Below, piece after piece: positions 11,174 to 24,742 of a DNA stretch of 64,000 nt (the first letter of the stretch is position 1; every line of letters begins with the position of its first letter). This DNA comes from Mycobacteriales bacterium. GTDB lineage: Bacteria > Actinomycetota > Actinomycetes > Mycobacteriales > QHCA01. The notes beneath the pieces are model-generated. The model was not told where the DNA came from, searched no databases, and saw nothing but the letters and a program-made list of their open reading frames with translations. The stretch is from the NCBI GenBank assembly GCA_038329965.1, contig JBBQNN010000002.1:55195-119194 (forward strand), written 5' to 3'. A program made the position numbers and the translations under genes.

Positions 11174-11584
11174 GTGGGCGCGCGCAGCAAGGCCCGCAAG
11201 CGCGCTCTCGACGTCCTGTACGAGGCCGACGTCCGCGGCACCTCGGCGTTGGAGACCGCTGCCGAGCGGCTGGCCCAGGCCGACCCGCCGGTGCCCGCCT
11301 ACGCCGTGACCCTGATCGAGGGTGTCGTCGCCCACCGGGCCCGCATCGACGACCTGCTGTCGACGTACGCCGAAGGCTGGGTCATCGACCGGATGCCGGC
11401 AGTGGACCGCAACGTGCTGCGCATCGGCATCTACGAGCTGCTGTACGCCGACGCAGTCCCCGACGCGGTGGCCATCGACGAGGCGGTGGAGCTGGCCAAG
11501 AAACTCTCCACCGACGAGTCCCCGAACTTCGTCAACGGCCTGCTCGCCCGCGTCCTGCAGCTCAAGCCCTCCCTGACGCCGTAG
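11174..11584 (+). CDS. nusB: Transcription antitermination factor NusB
   Basis: Starts directly after the efp stop. ARKRALDVLYEAD and ELAKKLSTDESPNFVNGLL. Confidence 0.93.
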   Translation: MGARSKARKRALDVLYEADVRGTSALETAAERLAQADPPVPAYAVTLIEGVVAHRARIDDLLSTYAEGWVIDRMPAVDRNVLRIGIYELLYADAVPDAVAIDEAVELAKKLSTDESPNFVNGLLARVLQLKPSLTP

Positions 11585-11600
11585 CGCGCCGGCTCGCGGG

Positions 11601-12542
11601 TCAGAACGGGATTGTCGAGAGGGGAGGCAGGAGATCCAGGTCCGGCCAGCGCGATGCGACCTGGGCTGACAGGGCCACTGCCACGTCATGTACGGCGCTG
11701 AGCTCGGCCCGGCCCGCGGTCACGTCGGCGACGACGCCGAGGCGATGCTTGAACCGCTGCCGGGCCGTCGCCGTGCCCCACTCCCAGTCGGTACGGCCGG
11801 CCGCCCCGAGATGGTCGGTGCCGTCACGGTGAGCCATCTCCACCAGCGAGTCACCGCGGATCAGCCAGTTGACGCAGGCATCGGCCAGCGACCCGGCCGG
11901 CTCGTGGCCCTTTGCCGCGGCCCACGTGTCGCGATAGGCAGCCTCTGCGACGAGCAGCTGCGGCTCCGGGATGCTCGCGGCGCACCAGCAGGTCGGAAAG
12001 GCCATCCGCAGGTACGCCAACTCGACCATTCCCGGGCCGATTGCGGCGCGTTCGAAGTCGACGAAGCGCAGGCCGGTGCCGGTCCGCACCTCGTTGTCGG
12101 GACACGGATCACCGTGCAACAGGGCGTCGTACGGGAACTCGGCCAACCGGCTGAGCGTGCCCGATATCTCGTCGGTGACGGTCGGGGCCGCCGAGATGCC
12201 CAAGCCGTCGGCCAGGCGCAGGAAGGCCCTGATGTCGGCCGCCGTCGGCCCGACCCACTGCGGCAGACCGACCACGTGCTCACCCAGACAAGCATGCAAT
12301 CTGGCGAGAGCCTTGGCGTAGGAGACCGCCCACGGCTCGGAGGCCGGATCCCGGACAAGGCGCTCCAGCACCATCAGCCGGGCTTCGGGGTCGATGCCGA
12401 TCAGCTCCGGCGCCACGGCCGGCTGCGCACCCGCCGCGAGCCGCAGTGCGGTGGTCTCCCGGGCGAACCGCGCCTCGGCGTCGGGCCCTCCCACGATCTG
12501 CTTGACGATCGCCGGGCCACCGGCCAGTTCGACCCGCCACAC
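11601..12542 (-). CDS. APH/choline-kinase-like phosphotransferase family protein
   Basis: LLHGDPCPDNEV catalytic loop and FVDFERA (DFE/DxD) motif. Lies downstream of bldD on the same strand. Confidence 0.75.
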   Translation of the reverse strand: MWRVELAGGPAIVKQIVGGPDAEARFARETTALRLAAGAQPAVAPELIGIDPEARLMVLERLVRDPASEPWAVSYAKALARLHACLGEHVVGLPQWVGPTAADIRAFLRLADGLGISAAPTVTDEISGTLSRLAEFPYDALLHGDPCPDNEVRTGTGLRFVDFERAAIGPGMVELAYLRMAFPTCWCAASIPEPQLLVAEAAYRDTWAAAKGHEPAGSLADACVNWLIRGDSLVEMAHRDGTDHLGAAGRTDWEWGTATARQRFKHRLGVVADVTAGRAELSAVHDVAVALSAQVASRWPDLDLLPPLSTIPF

Positions 12543-12628
12543 GCGTGAGCGCGGGCTGCTGCCGATCCGGCGGGCGGACCGGGGCGGCCCCAGTCGGGCC
12601 GTCAGGGCGGTCCCGAACGATGGCCGGA

Positions 12629-13102
12629 TCAGATCGTGCCCGAGACGATGACGCCCCAGGCGGCCAGACGATCGAGCAGGCCGGTGGCCGACAGGTCGTA
12701 GACGACGGCGAGTGCCCGCAGGTCGTCCTGGCGCATCGACAGCACCCGGCCGTTGTAGTCGCCGCGCTGGCGCTGGATGGCCTTGGCGTAGCGCACGAGG
12801 GCGGCCACCTCCTCGGCCGGCAGCTTGGCCAGGGCCTCCAGGTCGAGGACGACCTTGCCGGTGCCCTCCAGGCCACCGGGGGACGGGTCTTCCGGCAGCA
12901 ACTCGGCGATCGGCACGTCGTAGAACTTGGCGAGCTGGGCCAGCCGGGCCACGGTCACCGCTCTGTCACCCCGCTCGTAGGAGCCGACCACGACCGCCTT
13001 CCAGCGACCCTTCGACTTCTCCTCCACAGCCTGCAGGGACAGGCCCTGCTGCTGGCGGATCGAGCGTAGGCGTGCGCCGAGTGACTTGCCGTAGTCAGAC
13101 AT
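12629..13102 (-). CDS. bldD: Developmental master regulator BldD (XRE-type HTH plus c-di-GMP-binding C-terminal domain)
   Basis: Matches my recollection of Streptomyces BldD closely (QQGLSL..VEEKS.GRWKAVVVGSYERGDRAVTV). The C-terminal RGD-x8-RQDD bipartite motif is present (RGDYNGRVLSMRQDD). Confidence 0.9.
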   Translation of the reverse strand: MSDYGKSLGARLRSIRQQQGLSLQAVEEKSKGRWKAVVVGSYERGDRAVTVARLAQLAKFYDVPIAELLPEDPSPGGLEGTGKVVLDLEALAKLPAEEVAALVRYAKAIQRQRGDYNGRVLSMRQDDLRALAVVYDLSATGLLDRLAAWGVIVSGTI

Positions 13103-13154
13103 TCATTGCTCCTGCGACTGGGGGTGACGAGCAGTTGTGATCAACACCCCGTCG

Positions 13155-13170
13155 GTTACCGAGCGTGACG
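13155..13170. promoter_or_regulatory. Candidate BldD box (autoregulatory operator) in bldD-pyrR intergenic region
   Basis: GGTTACCGAGCGTGACG fits the remembered pseudo-palindromic nTnACnC(A/T)GnGTnAn pattern with one central mismatch. It lies 53-68 nt upstream of the bldD start. Confidence 0.3.
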
Positions 13171-13237
13171 GTACGGCCGACCGGCGAGTCCGGTCAAGCC
13201 GCAATGCCGATCGCTGTTACGGTTCACCCGTTCGACA

Positions 13238-13277
13238 TCCTTTAACGACCCGTCCCGTGAGGCGGGGAAGGAGGTCC
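13238..13277 (+). promoter_or_regulatory. Candidate PyrR-binding RNA hairpin overlapping the pyrR ribosome-binding site
   Basis: GUCCCGUGAGGCGGGGAAGGAGG. A CCCG/CGGG stem carries the UGAGG loop, resembling the PyrR loop consensus UCCAGAGAGGC. The outer GACC/GGUC pairing encloses the GGAGG SD 6 nt before GTG 13283. Confidence 0.5.
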
Positions 13278-13282
13278 ATTCG

Positions 13283-13900
13283 GTGACGACTGTCCCGGAT
13301 CCGGGCGCCGCGGCCGTCAACCAGCCCGCCGAAGTACCACCCGACGCACGGCCGATCCCGCCGCGGCCCATATTCAACGCCGGCGACGTGGCCCGGATCA
13401 TCGACCGCATCGCGCACCAGATCCTGGAGAAGACCGACGGTGCCCGCGATGCCGTGGTCCTCGGCATCCCGACCCGCGGCGCACATCTGGCCCGGCGGTT
13501 GGTCGGGCGCATCCGCACCTTCGAGGGGGTCGACCTGCCGGTCGGCTCCCTCGACGTGACGCTTTACCGCGACGACCTGCGACTGCGCGGCGTGAGGGCG
13601 CTGGAGGCGACCCAACTGCCCGACGTCGGCATCGACGGCCGGCTCGTGGTGCTCGTCGACGACGTGCTGTTCTCCGGCCGTACGGTGCGCGCGGCGCTGG
13701 ACGCCCTCGGCGCCCTCGGCCGGCCGCGCGCGGTGCAGCTGGCGGTCCTGGTCGACCGGGGCCACCGCGAGCTGCCGATCAGGGCCGACTACGTCGGCAA
13801 GAACATCCCCACGTCCATGGGCGAGTCGGTCCGCGTACGGCTGGCCGAGTCCGACGGCCGCGACTGTGTCGAGCTCGACCCCCAGGGAGGGCCACGTTGA
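13283..13900 (+). CDS. pyrR: Bifunctional pyrimidine operon regulator / uracil phosphoribosyltransferase PyrR
   Basis: PRTase motif [21 protein letters not shown]. First gene of the pyr operon. Confidence 0.95.
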   Translation: MTTVPDPGAAAVNQPAEVPPDARPIPPRPIFNAGDVARIIDRIAHQILEKTDGARDAVVLGIPTRGAHLARRLVGRIRTFEGVDLPVGSLDVTLYRDDLRLRGVRALEATQLPDVGIDGRLVVLVDDVLFSGRTVRAALDALGALGRPRAVQLAVLVDRGHRELPIRADYVGKNIPTSMGESVRVRLAESDGRDCVELDPQGGPR

Positions 13901-14820
13901 ACAAGCACCTGCTGTCCGCAGCCGACCTCGACCTCGACGCGGCCACCCTGATCCTCGACACGGCCGAGCAGATGGATCATGCCCTCGCCGGTCGCGAGGT
14001 CAAGAAGCTGCCGACCCTGCGCGGCCGTACCGTGGTCAACCTCTTCTTCGAGGACTCGACCCGCACGCGTACCTCCTTCGAGCTGGCCGCCAAGCGGCTG
14101 TCCGCGGACGTGATCAACTTCTCGGCCAAGGGCTCCAGCGTGTCCAAGGGCGAGAGCCTCAAGGACACCGCGTTGACGCTGGAGGCGATGGGCGCGGATG
14201 CGGTGGTCTGCAGGCACTCGATGTCGGGCGCGCCGCACCGGTTGGCCGGCTGGGTCAAGGGCAGCGTCGTCAACGCCGGCGACGGCACCCACGAGCACCC
14301 GACCCAGGCCCTGCTGGACGCGTTCACGATGCGCCGGCGGCTGGGCCGGTTGGAGGGCCTGCGGGTGGTCATCGTCGGTGACGTGCTGCACAGCCGGGTG
14401 GCCCGCTCCAACGTCCTGCTCCTGCACACCCTCGGGGCGGACGTGACACTCGTGGCGCCCCCTACGCTGCTGCCGGTCGGGGTCGAGTCCTGGCCGGTGG
14501 CGGTCTCCTACGACCTCGACGCGGTGCTGGCCAAGGCCGACGCGGTGATGATGCTGCGGGTGCAGCGCGAGCGGATGAACGAGTCGTACTTCCCGACGCA
14601 GCGGGAGTACAGCCGCCGCTACGGGCTGGACAGAGAACGACTTGCCTGCATGGCTGATGAAGCGATCGTCATGCACCCTGGCCCGATGAACCGCGGCATG
14701 GAGATCGCCGCCGAGGTCGCCGACTCGGTGCGGTCCACGATCGTGGAGCAGGTCAGCAACGGCGTGAGCGTACGGATGGCCGTGCTCTACCTGCTGCTCG
14801 GCGGGGGCGAGGTCGCATGA
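13897..14820 (+). CDS. pyrB: Aspartate carbamoyltransferase catalytic subunit
   Basis: [17 protein letters not shown] and HPGP blocks. 4-nt overlap with pyrR. Confidence 0.97.
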   Translation: MNKHLLSAADLDLDAATLILDTAEQMDHALAGREVKKLPTLRGRTVVNLFFEDSTRTRTSFELAAKRLSADVINFSAKGSSVSKGESLKDTALTLEAMGADAVVCRHSMSGAPHRLAGWVKGSVVNAGDGTHEHPTQALLDAFTMRRRLGRLEGLRVVIVGDVLHSRVARSNVLLLHTLGADVTLVAPPTLLPVGVESWPVAVSYDLDAVLAKADAVMMLRVQRERMNESYFPTQREYSRRYGLDRERLACMADEAIVMHPGPMNRGMEIAAEVADSVRSTIVEQVSNGVSVRMAVLYLLLGGGEVA

Positions 14821-16103
14821 GGTATCTCATCGCGGGCGCCCGCATCGAGGGCGCCGAGCCGGCCGACCTGCTGCTGCGCGACGGCCTCGTCGCCGAGGTC
14901 GGCCGGGGGCTTGCCGCAGCCGGCGCGGAGGTCATCGACGCCGCCGGGCTGATCGTCCTGCCCGGTCTGGTCGACCTGCACACCCACCTGCGCGAGCCCG
15001 GCCGCGAGGATGCCGAGACGGTCGAGACCGGATCGCGGGCCGCCGCGCTGGGCGGGTTCACCGCGGTGCACGCCATGGCCAACACCGACCCCGTCGCCGA
15101 CACGGCCGGAGTGGTCGAGCAGGTGTGGCGGCTCGGCCGCGAGGCGGGCCTGTGCGACGTACAGCCCGTGGGTGCCGTCACGGTCGGCCTGCTCGGCAAA
15201 CACCTTGCCGAGCTCGGCGCGATGCACGCGTCGGCGGCCCGCGTCCGGGTCTTCTCCGACGACGGCAAGTGCGTCGCCGACCCGGCCCTGATGCGGCGGG
15301 CGCTGGAGTACGTCAAGGCTTTCGACGGCGTCATCGCCCAGCACGCCGAGGAGCCGCGGCTGACCGAGGGCGCACAGATGAACGAAGGGATCTTCTCCGC
15401 CCGGCTCGGGCTGGCCGGCTGGCCGGCCGCCGCCGAGGAGGCGATCATCGCCCGCGACGTACTGCTCGCCGGGCATGTCGACTCGCGGCTGCACGTGTGC
15501 CATGTCTCCACGGCGGGCTCGGTGGAGCTGTTGCGCTGGGCCAAGGGCAAGGGCTGGCGGGTCACCGCCGAGGTGACGCCGCACCACCTGCTGCTCACCG
15601 ACGACCTGGCCGCCAGCTACGACCCGGTCTACAAGGTCAACCCGCCACTGCGCACCGGCGACGACGTCGAGGCGCTGCGGGCCGGGCTGGCCGACGGCAC
15701 GATCGACTGCGTGGCGACCGACCACGCCCCGCACGCGATGGAGGACAAGGAGACCGAGTGGGCGGCGGGCCGCCCGGGCATGCTGGGCCTGGAGACCGCT
15801 CTGTCCGTGGTCGCCGAGTCGATGGTCGCCACCGGGCTGCTCGACTGGGCGGGCGTGGCTCAGCGGATGTCACGGGCGCCGGCCGTGATCGGCGGGCTGT
15901 CCGGCCACGGCGGCAAGATCGCGGTGGGGGAGCCGGCCAACCTCGTCCTGATCGACCCGGCCGCCCACGGGGCGGTCGACCCCGGCCAGTCGGCCAGCCG
16001 CAGCCGCAACAACCCGTACTCCGGTCTCGACCTGCCCGTTCGCGTCGTCGCGACCTTCCTGCGCGGTCGCGCCACCGTCCTGGACGGTAAGGCTCAGGCG
16101 TGA
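14817..16103 (+). CDS. pyrC: Dihydroorotase
   Basis: [11 protein letters not shown] and DHAPH. ATGA overlap with pyrB. Confidence 0.95.
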   Translation: MRYLIAGARIEGAEPADLLLRDGLVAEVGRGLAAAGAEVIDAAGLIVLPGLVDLHTHLREPGREDAETVETGSRAAALGGFTAVHAMANTDPVADTAGVVEQVWRLGREAGLCDVQPVGAVTVGLLGKHLAELGAMHASAARVRVFSDDGKCVADPALMRRALEYVKAFDGVIAQHAEEPRLTEGAQMNEGIFSARLGLAGWPAAAEEAIIARDVLLAGHVDSRLHVCHVSTAGSVELLRWAKGKGWRVTAEVTPHHLLLTDDLAASYDPVYKVNPPLRTGDDVEALRAGLADGTIDCVATDHAPHAMEDKETEWAAGRPGMLGLETALSVVAESMVATGLLDWAGVAQRMSRAPAVIGGLSGHGGKIAVGEPANLVLIDPAAHGAVDPGQSASRSRNNPYSGLDLPVRVVATFLRGRATVLDGKAQA

Positions 16104-17225
16104 ACGCGTCGACCGTCACCTCCAACGCGGGGAAGGCCGCCCTGCTGGTGCTGGAGGACGGGCGGGCCTTCCGGGGCAACGCCTACGGAGCCGTGGGCGA
16201 GGCGTTCGGCGAGGCGGTGTTCGCGACGGGGATGACCGGCTACCAGGAGACGCTGACCGACCCGTCCTACCACCGCCAGGTCCTCGTGCAGACCGCGCCG
16301 CACATCGGCAACACCGGTGTCAACGACGCCGACGCCGAGTCGGGCCGGATCTGGGTCGCGGGATATGTCGTACGCGAGCCGGCCCGCATCCCGTCCTCCT
16401 GGCGGTCCACCCGGTCCCTGGGCGAGGAGTTGGCGGCGCACGGCGTGGTCGGGATCAGCGGCGTGGACACCCGGGCGCTCACCCGGCACCTGCGCGAGCA
16501 CGGCGCGATGCGGGTCGGGGTGTCCAGCGCGGCCTCGACCGAGGTCGGCCTGTTGGAGCAGGTACGGGCCCAGCCGGGGATGCTCGGCGCCGACCTGTGC
16601 TCGCAGGTGTCGACCGCGGAGCCCTACGTCGTGCCGGCGATCGGCCCGACGCGTTGGCGGGTCGCCGCCCTCGACCTCGGCATCAAGCGGATGACGCCGC
16701 ACCGGATGGCCGAGCGGGGCATCGAGGTGCACGTGCTCCCGGCCACCAGCAGTGTCGACGACGTGCTCGCGGTCGCGCCGGACGGCGCCTTCCTCAGCAA
16801 CGGCCCGGGCGACCCGGCCACCACTGACGCCGCCGTCGCGCTCACCAAGGCCCTGCTGGACCAGCGCATCCCGACCTTCGGCATCTGCTTCGGCCACCAG
16901 GTGCTCGGCCGGGCGCTGGGCTTCGGCACGTACAAGCTGCAGTACGGCCACCGCGGCATCAACCAGCCGGTGCAGGACAAGCTGACCGGCCGGGTGGAGG
17001 TCACCGCGCACAACCACGGCTTCGCGGTACGCGCGCCGCTCGACGGCCCGGTGGACACGCCCCACGGCCGGGCCGAGGTGAGCCACGTCTGCCTCAACGA
17101 CGACGTGGTCGAGGGCCTGCGCTGTCTGGACCGGCCGGCCTTCTCGGTGCAGTACCACCCCGAGGCCGCGGCCGGGCCGCACGACGCCGGCTACCTCTTC
17201 GACCGCTTCGTCGAGGTGATGCAGC

Positions 17226-17233
<8 letters not shown>
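16100..17233 (+). CDS. carA: Carbamoyl-phosphate synthase small (glutaminase) subunit
   Basis: GICFGHQ catalytic Cys and a HNHG block. GTGA overlap with pyrC. Confidence 0.97.
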
Positions 17234-20527
<3,294 letters not shown>

Positions 20528-20531
<4 letters not shown>

Positions 20532-21385
20532 GCGCCGTCCAGGTCAGCGGTGAGGTGCTCTCGCTGCGCCGTGCGGGGGCGTACTGGCTGATGACCGTCG
20601 TCGCGCCGGGCATCGCCGAGCGGGCCAAGCCGGGGCAGTTCATCGCGCTGGCGGTGGGGGGCCCGAATACCTCGATGCCGCTGCGGCGGGCCTTCGCGAT
20701 CTACCAGGTCGCCGAGCGGGGCGTCTACGGCGGCACGGTCGACGTGGTCCTCTCCGTGCACGGCAAGGGCACCGAGTGGCTCTCCCGGCTGTGCCCGCAC
20801 GACGAACTGGACGTGGTCGGCCCGCTCGGCCGGCCGTTCCGCCTGCCCTCGACACCCGTTCCGGTGGTGCTGGTCGGAGGCGGGTACGGCAGCGCGCCGC
20901 TGTTCGGGCTGGCCGAGGCGTTGCGGGCGCGTCGCTGCCCGACGGCCTTCGTGATCGGCGCGGGCAGTGCGGACCGCCTGTTCGGCGTCCTGGAGGCCAA
21001 GCGGACGGCAGCCACGGTCACCGTGACCACCGACGACGGCTCGATGGGGGAGTGCGGCCGGGTGTCCGACGTGCTGCCGGCCGTCATCGACCGGATCGCC
21101 GCCGAGGTGGTCTACGCCTGCGGCCCGATGCCGATGCTGCGGGCGGTCGCCGAGGTGGCCGCCACGTTTGGCCTGCCCTGCCAGGTCGCGGTCGAGGAGT
21201 CGATGGCCTGCGGGATCGGGGTGTGCATGACCTGCGTGCTGCCGGTCGTCGGCGACGACGGCGTAACCCGGATGGCCAGATCCTGCGTCGAGGGTCCGGT
21301 GTTCCTCGCCGATCGGGTGCGCTTCGACGACATCGGCACGCTGCCGGCCGACACGCTCGGCGCACCCGCCGGGGTCGCGTGGTGA
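20528..21385 (+). CDS. pyrK: Dihydroorotate dehydrogenase (class 1B) electron-transfer subunit
   Basis: GTG 20528 overlaps the carB stop. FNR-like fold with RRAFAIY, and a C-terminal 2Fe-2S motif [10 protein letters not shown]. Confidence 0.88.
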
Positions 21386-21471
21386 GCGGCCGGTCGCCGA
21401 CCGGCCCGCAGGTGACTGGCGACGTCACCGTACGGCCCGCTCCAGCCGCGCCCACGCTGCCGCAAGTCGAC

Positions 21472-22422
21472 ATGTCAACGAATCTGGCCGGCTTCCACAC
21501 GTCGAATCCGGTGTTCACCGCGTCCGGCTGCGCCGCTGCCGGGCAGGAGCTGGCCGCGTTCTTCGACGTGTCGGCCATCGGCGGCATGGTCACCAAGTCG
21601 GTGACCCTGCAGCCGCGCTCCGGCCGGCCGACGCCGCGGATGGCCGAGACGCCCAGCGGGATGCTCAACTCCATCGGCCTGCAGGGGCCGGGCATCGACG
21701 CCTTCCTCGAACACGACCTGCCGTGGCTGGCCGCCCGCGGCGCCCGGGCGGTGGTGAGCATCGCCGGGTCGAGCGTCGAGGACTACGTCGCGCTGGCCCG
21801 CAAGGTCCGTGGCCAGCCCGGGCTCGCGATGCTCGAGGTGAACATCTCCTGCCCCAATGTGGCCGACCGGGGCACCGTCTTCGCCTGCGACCCCCGGGCG
21901 GCGGCGCGGGTCATCAGGGCCGTCCGGGAGCAGGCGCACCCCGGCGTGCCGATCTTCGCCAAGCTCTCACCCGACGTCACCGACATCGTCGCGGTCGCGA
22001 GCGCGGTGGTCGCTGCCGGCGCCGACGGGGTGTCGATGATCAACACCCTGCTGGGCCTGGTCATCGACACCGACACCTTGCGCCCGGCGCTGGCCGGCAT
22101 CACCGGCGGGTTGTCCGGGCCGGCGATCCGGCCGGTCGCGATGCGCTGCGTGTGGCAGGTGCACCGGGCGATGCCGGACGTACCGATCCTGGGAATGGGC
22201 GGCATTCGTACCGGCCTCGACGCGCTGGAGTTCATCCTGGCCGGCGCCAGCGCGGTGTCGGTCGGGACCGCCGTGTTCGGCGATCCGGGCGCGCCGGTCC
22301 GGGTGTTGCGCGAACTGCAGGCCGCGCTCGGCGAGCGCGGATTCGACCGGCTCCGCGACGCCGTGGGCTACGCCCACCGGCCCGCAGCACCCGCACCCGC
22401 ACCCGCACCCGCACCCGACTAG
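21472..22422 (+). CDS. pyrD: Dihydroorotate dehydrogenase catalytic subunit (class 1B)
   Basis: The homologous core begins at NPVFTASGCAA. Also NSIGLQGPG and a GGI..G C-terminal FMN site. The alternative upstream GTG 21382 (GTGA overlap with pyrK) would add 30 non-conserved residues. Confidence 0.9.
   Translation: MSTNLAGFHTSNPVFTASGCAAAGQELAAFFDVSAIGGMVTKSVTLQPRSGRPTPRMAETPSGMLNSIGLQGPGIDAFLEHDLPWLAARGARAVVSIAGSSVEDYVALARKVRGQPGLAMLEVNISCPNVADRGTVFACDPRAAARVIRAVREQAHPGVPIFAKLSPDVTDIVAVASAVVAAGADGVSMINTLLGLVIDTDTLRPALAGITGGLSGPAIRPVAMRCVWQVHRAMPDVPILGMGGIRTGLDALEFILAGASAVSVGTAVFGDPGAPVRVLRELQAALGERGFDRLRDAVGYAHRPAAPAPAPAPAPD
22387..22416 (+). repeat. (GCACCC)x5 hexanucleotide microsatellite encoding the (AP)5 C-terminal tail of PyrD
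   Basis: Read directly: gcaccc repeated five times immediately before GAC TAG. Confidence 0.9.
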
Positions 22423-22439
22423 AAACCGGAGTGGACCCC

Positions 22440-23135
22440 ATGACCGCACCCATTGCCGTCGCCCTGGACACCCCCGACCTCTTGCTGGCCACCCGGTGGG
22501 CCCGCGCGGTGACGCCCCACGTGTCCACCCTCAAGGTCGGGCTGGAGCTGTTCTACCGGCACGGTGCGGCGGCGGTGGAGCAGGCCCGCGGCGACACCGA
22601 CGTACGGCTGTTCCTCGACCTCAAACTGCACGACATCCCGAACACGGTGGGTGGCGCTGCCGCCGCACTCGCCCCCTTGCGGCCCGACTACCTGACGGTG
22701 CACGCGGGCGGCGGAGCGGCGATGATCGCGGCGGCCGTCGACGCGCTGCCCGAGTGCCTGATCGCCGGGGTCACCGTGCTCACCAGCCTGTCCGAGGACG
22801 ACATCGCCAAGATCGGCCTGCGCGGGCCGTCGACAGATGCGGCGCGCCGGCTGGCAGTGATCGCTGTCGACGCCGGGGCGCGGGCGCTGGTCTGTTCGCC
22901 ACGTGAGGTGGCCGTGTTGCGCAAGGAGATCGGAGAGGGGATCGTGCTGATCACCCCAGGCGTACGCCCGGCCGGCGCCGCCCCCGGCGACCAGTCCCGG
23001 GTGGCCACGCCGCAGCAGGCCCTGGCCGACGGGGCCGACCTCCTCGTGATCGGTCGGCCGATCACCGGCGCCGACGATCCGGCGGTGGCCGTGGCCGACC
23101 TGGCCCGCTCGCTGGCCGGGCCTGGCGGACGCTGA
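22440..23135 (+). CDS. pyrF: Orotidine 5'-phosphate decarboxylase
   Basis: IAVALDTPD, LKVGLELF and FLDLKLHDIPNTV. Confidence 0.95.
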   Translation: MTAPIAVALDTPDLLLATRWARAVTPHVSTLKVGLELFYRHGAAAVEQARGDTDVRLFLDLKLHDIPNTVGGAAAALAPLRPDYLTVHAGGGAAMIAAAVDALPECLIAGVTVLTSLSEDDIAKIGLRGPSTDAARRLAVIAVDAGARALVCSPREVAVLRKEIGEGIVLITPGVRPAGAAPGDQSRVATPQQALADGADLLVIGRPITGADDPAVAVADLARSLAGPGGR

Positions 23136-23204
23136 GCCCGGCAGCCCCACTCGGCCGGGAGATCTGGCGGGTAATGTCCGGGTCAACAGTCGGGAGGTAT
23201 CACG

Positions 23205-24542
23205 GTGGACCGGGCAGTGGTGCTGGGTGGCAGCGTCGCGGGCATGCTCGCCGCGCGGGCGCTCGCCGATTTCGCCACGGAGGTCGTCGTCGTGGAGAGG
23301 GACGACGTCTCCGGCGGGCCGGGGGCAAGGCGCGGCGTGCCGCAGGGCCGGCACTTGCACGGCCTCCTGGTCCGCGGGCTGGACGAGATCGAGGGCGCTT
23401 TCCCCGGCTTCACCGCCGAGCTGATTGCTGCCGGTGCGCCGCCCGGAGACATCGGGATCGACTGCCACTGGCACGTCGGCGGGGTCCGCAAGCCGGCCGT
23501 GGCAGGCGGGCACGGGATCACCTGCACCCGGCCCTTCCTCGAATGGCACCTGCGGCGGCGGCTTGCCGCGGTCCCGGGTGTTCGCGTCGTCCGGGCGCGG
23601 GCGACGGCACTCACCGCCTCGGCGGGCAGGGTCGCCGGGGTGCTGCTCGCGGGCGACGACGGCGAGGACCGGGTGCCGGCCGACCTGGTCGTCGACTGCA
23701 CCGGGCGGTCGAGCCGGCTCGACGCGTGGCTCGGCGCGCTCGGCTACGGCCCGGTGCCAGAGCGCACGGTGGCGGTGGACCTCGGGTACGCCACCCGGTT
23801 CTTCCGCCGGCTGCCTGATGAGAGGCTTGCCGGGGCGCTCACCGTGATGTCGCTGCCCGCCGCCGGGGGCGTGCAACGCGGAGCGGCCGCGTTCGCCGTC
23901 GAGGACCATCGGTGGATGGTCATGCTCAGTGGCTATGCAGGAGACCGGCCCGGTCCCGACCCGGCCGACTACGCCGGCCGGCTGGCCGGGGATCCCGTGG
24001 AGTCCCTGCACCACTTCGCCAGCCACGCGGAGCCGGTCACCGATGTCGCCGTCTACCGCTTCCCGGGCAGCGTGCGGCGGGACTTCGACACGATGCGGCT
24101 GCCCGGCGGCCTCATCGCCGCCGGTGACGCGGTCGCGTCGTTCAACCCGATCTATGGCCAGGGGATGACCTCGGCCGCCCTGCATGCCGCCGCGCTGACC
24201 GCGTACCTCGCTTCCGGCGCGTCCCCCCACGATCCGGCCCAGGGCTACTTCCAGCACCTGCGGAAGACCCTCGATTCGATCTGGAGGACCTCGGTGACGG
24301 AGGACTTCCGGCTGCCGCATGTCACCGGTGACCGGCCACGGGGCCTGTGGCTCTCGCAACGCGTCGGTGACCTCTACACCCGCGCCACGTTGCGCGACGC
24401 CGATTTGCACGGATTGTTCCTGCAGGTGCTCAACCTGCGGAAGGAGCCGCAGTCGCTTCTGCGGCCCGGCACGGTGGCGAAGGCGTTGCGGGCGGCCCGG
24501 CGGCCGCTCCCCGAAACCGTTGCCGCGATGCCGGCCGGCTGA
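23205..24542 (+). CDS. FAD-dependent oxidoreductase/monooxygenase-like protein
   Basis: N-terminal Rossmann dinucleotide motif VVLGGSVAGMLAARAL...VVVVERD and a later GD..ASFNPIYGQG block. Substrate unknown. Confidence 0.7.
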   Translation: MDRAVVLGGSVAGMLAARALADFATEVVVVERDDVSGGPGARRGVPQGRHLHGLLVRGLDEIEGAFPGFTAELIAAGAPPGDIGIDCHWHVGGVRKPAVAGGHGITCTRPFLEWHLRRRLAAVPGVRVVRARATALTASAGRVAGVLLAGDDGEDRVPADLVVDCTGRSSRLDAWLGALGYGPVPERTVAVDLGYATRFFRRLPDERLAGALTVMSLPAAGGVQRGAAAFAVEDHRWMVMLSGYAGDRPGPDPADYAGRLAGDPVESLHHFASHAEPVTDVAVYRFPGSVRRDFDTMRLPGGLIAAGDAVASFNPIYGQGMTSAALHAAALTAYLASGASPHDPAQGYFQHLRKTLDSIWRTSVTEDFRLPHVTGDRPRGLWLSQRVGDLYTRATLRDADLHGLFLQVLNLRKEPQSLLRPGTVAKALRAARRPLPETVAAMPAG

Positions 24543-24742
24543 GGCGCCTCGTGTCCTGCGAACGCAGCGTGGATGTCGTCGGTGCGGCGCCGCCGTCCCG
24601 GCCCTTTCTTCCGCCTGTCGGCGGCCGTTGGCCACCCTGGCGTTGCTCTCGGGGCCGCTGGGTCGCTAGGTTCGCTTCGATCAGACCGCCCGGAGCCGAC
24701 CCGCGCGCTCGGGTCCGACCGTCAGCAGAAAGTGAAGCCCGA

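Noticed and set aside
22419-24635. 738-aa minus-strand ORF antisense to pyrF and the FAD-oxidoreductase gene.
   Set aside because: Its Arg/Gly/Pro/Asp-rich composition has no recognisable motifs. It lies fully antisense to two genes with clear homology. This is a typical high-GC shadow ORF.
24543-24742. Possible promoter (TTGCTC-N18-TAGGTT) and a small RNA in the 200-nt region upstream of mihF.
   Set aside because: The hexamers are weak and I cannot score them without a model. No stable structure or conserved motif was evident. It is too speculative to list as a feature.
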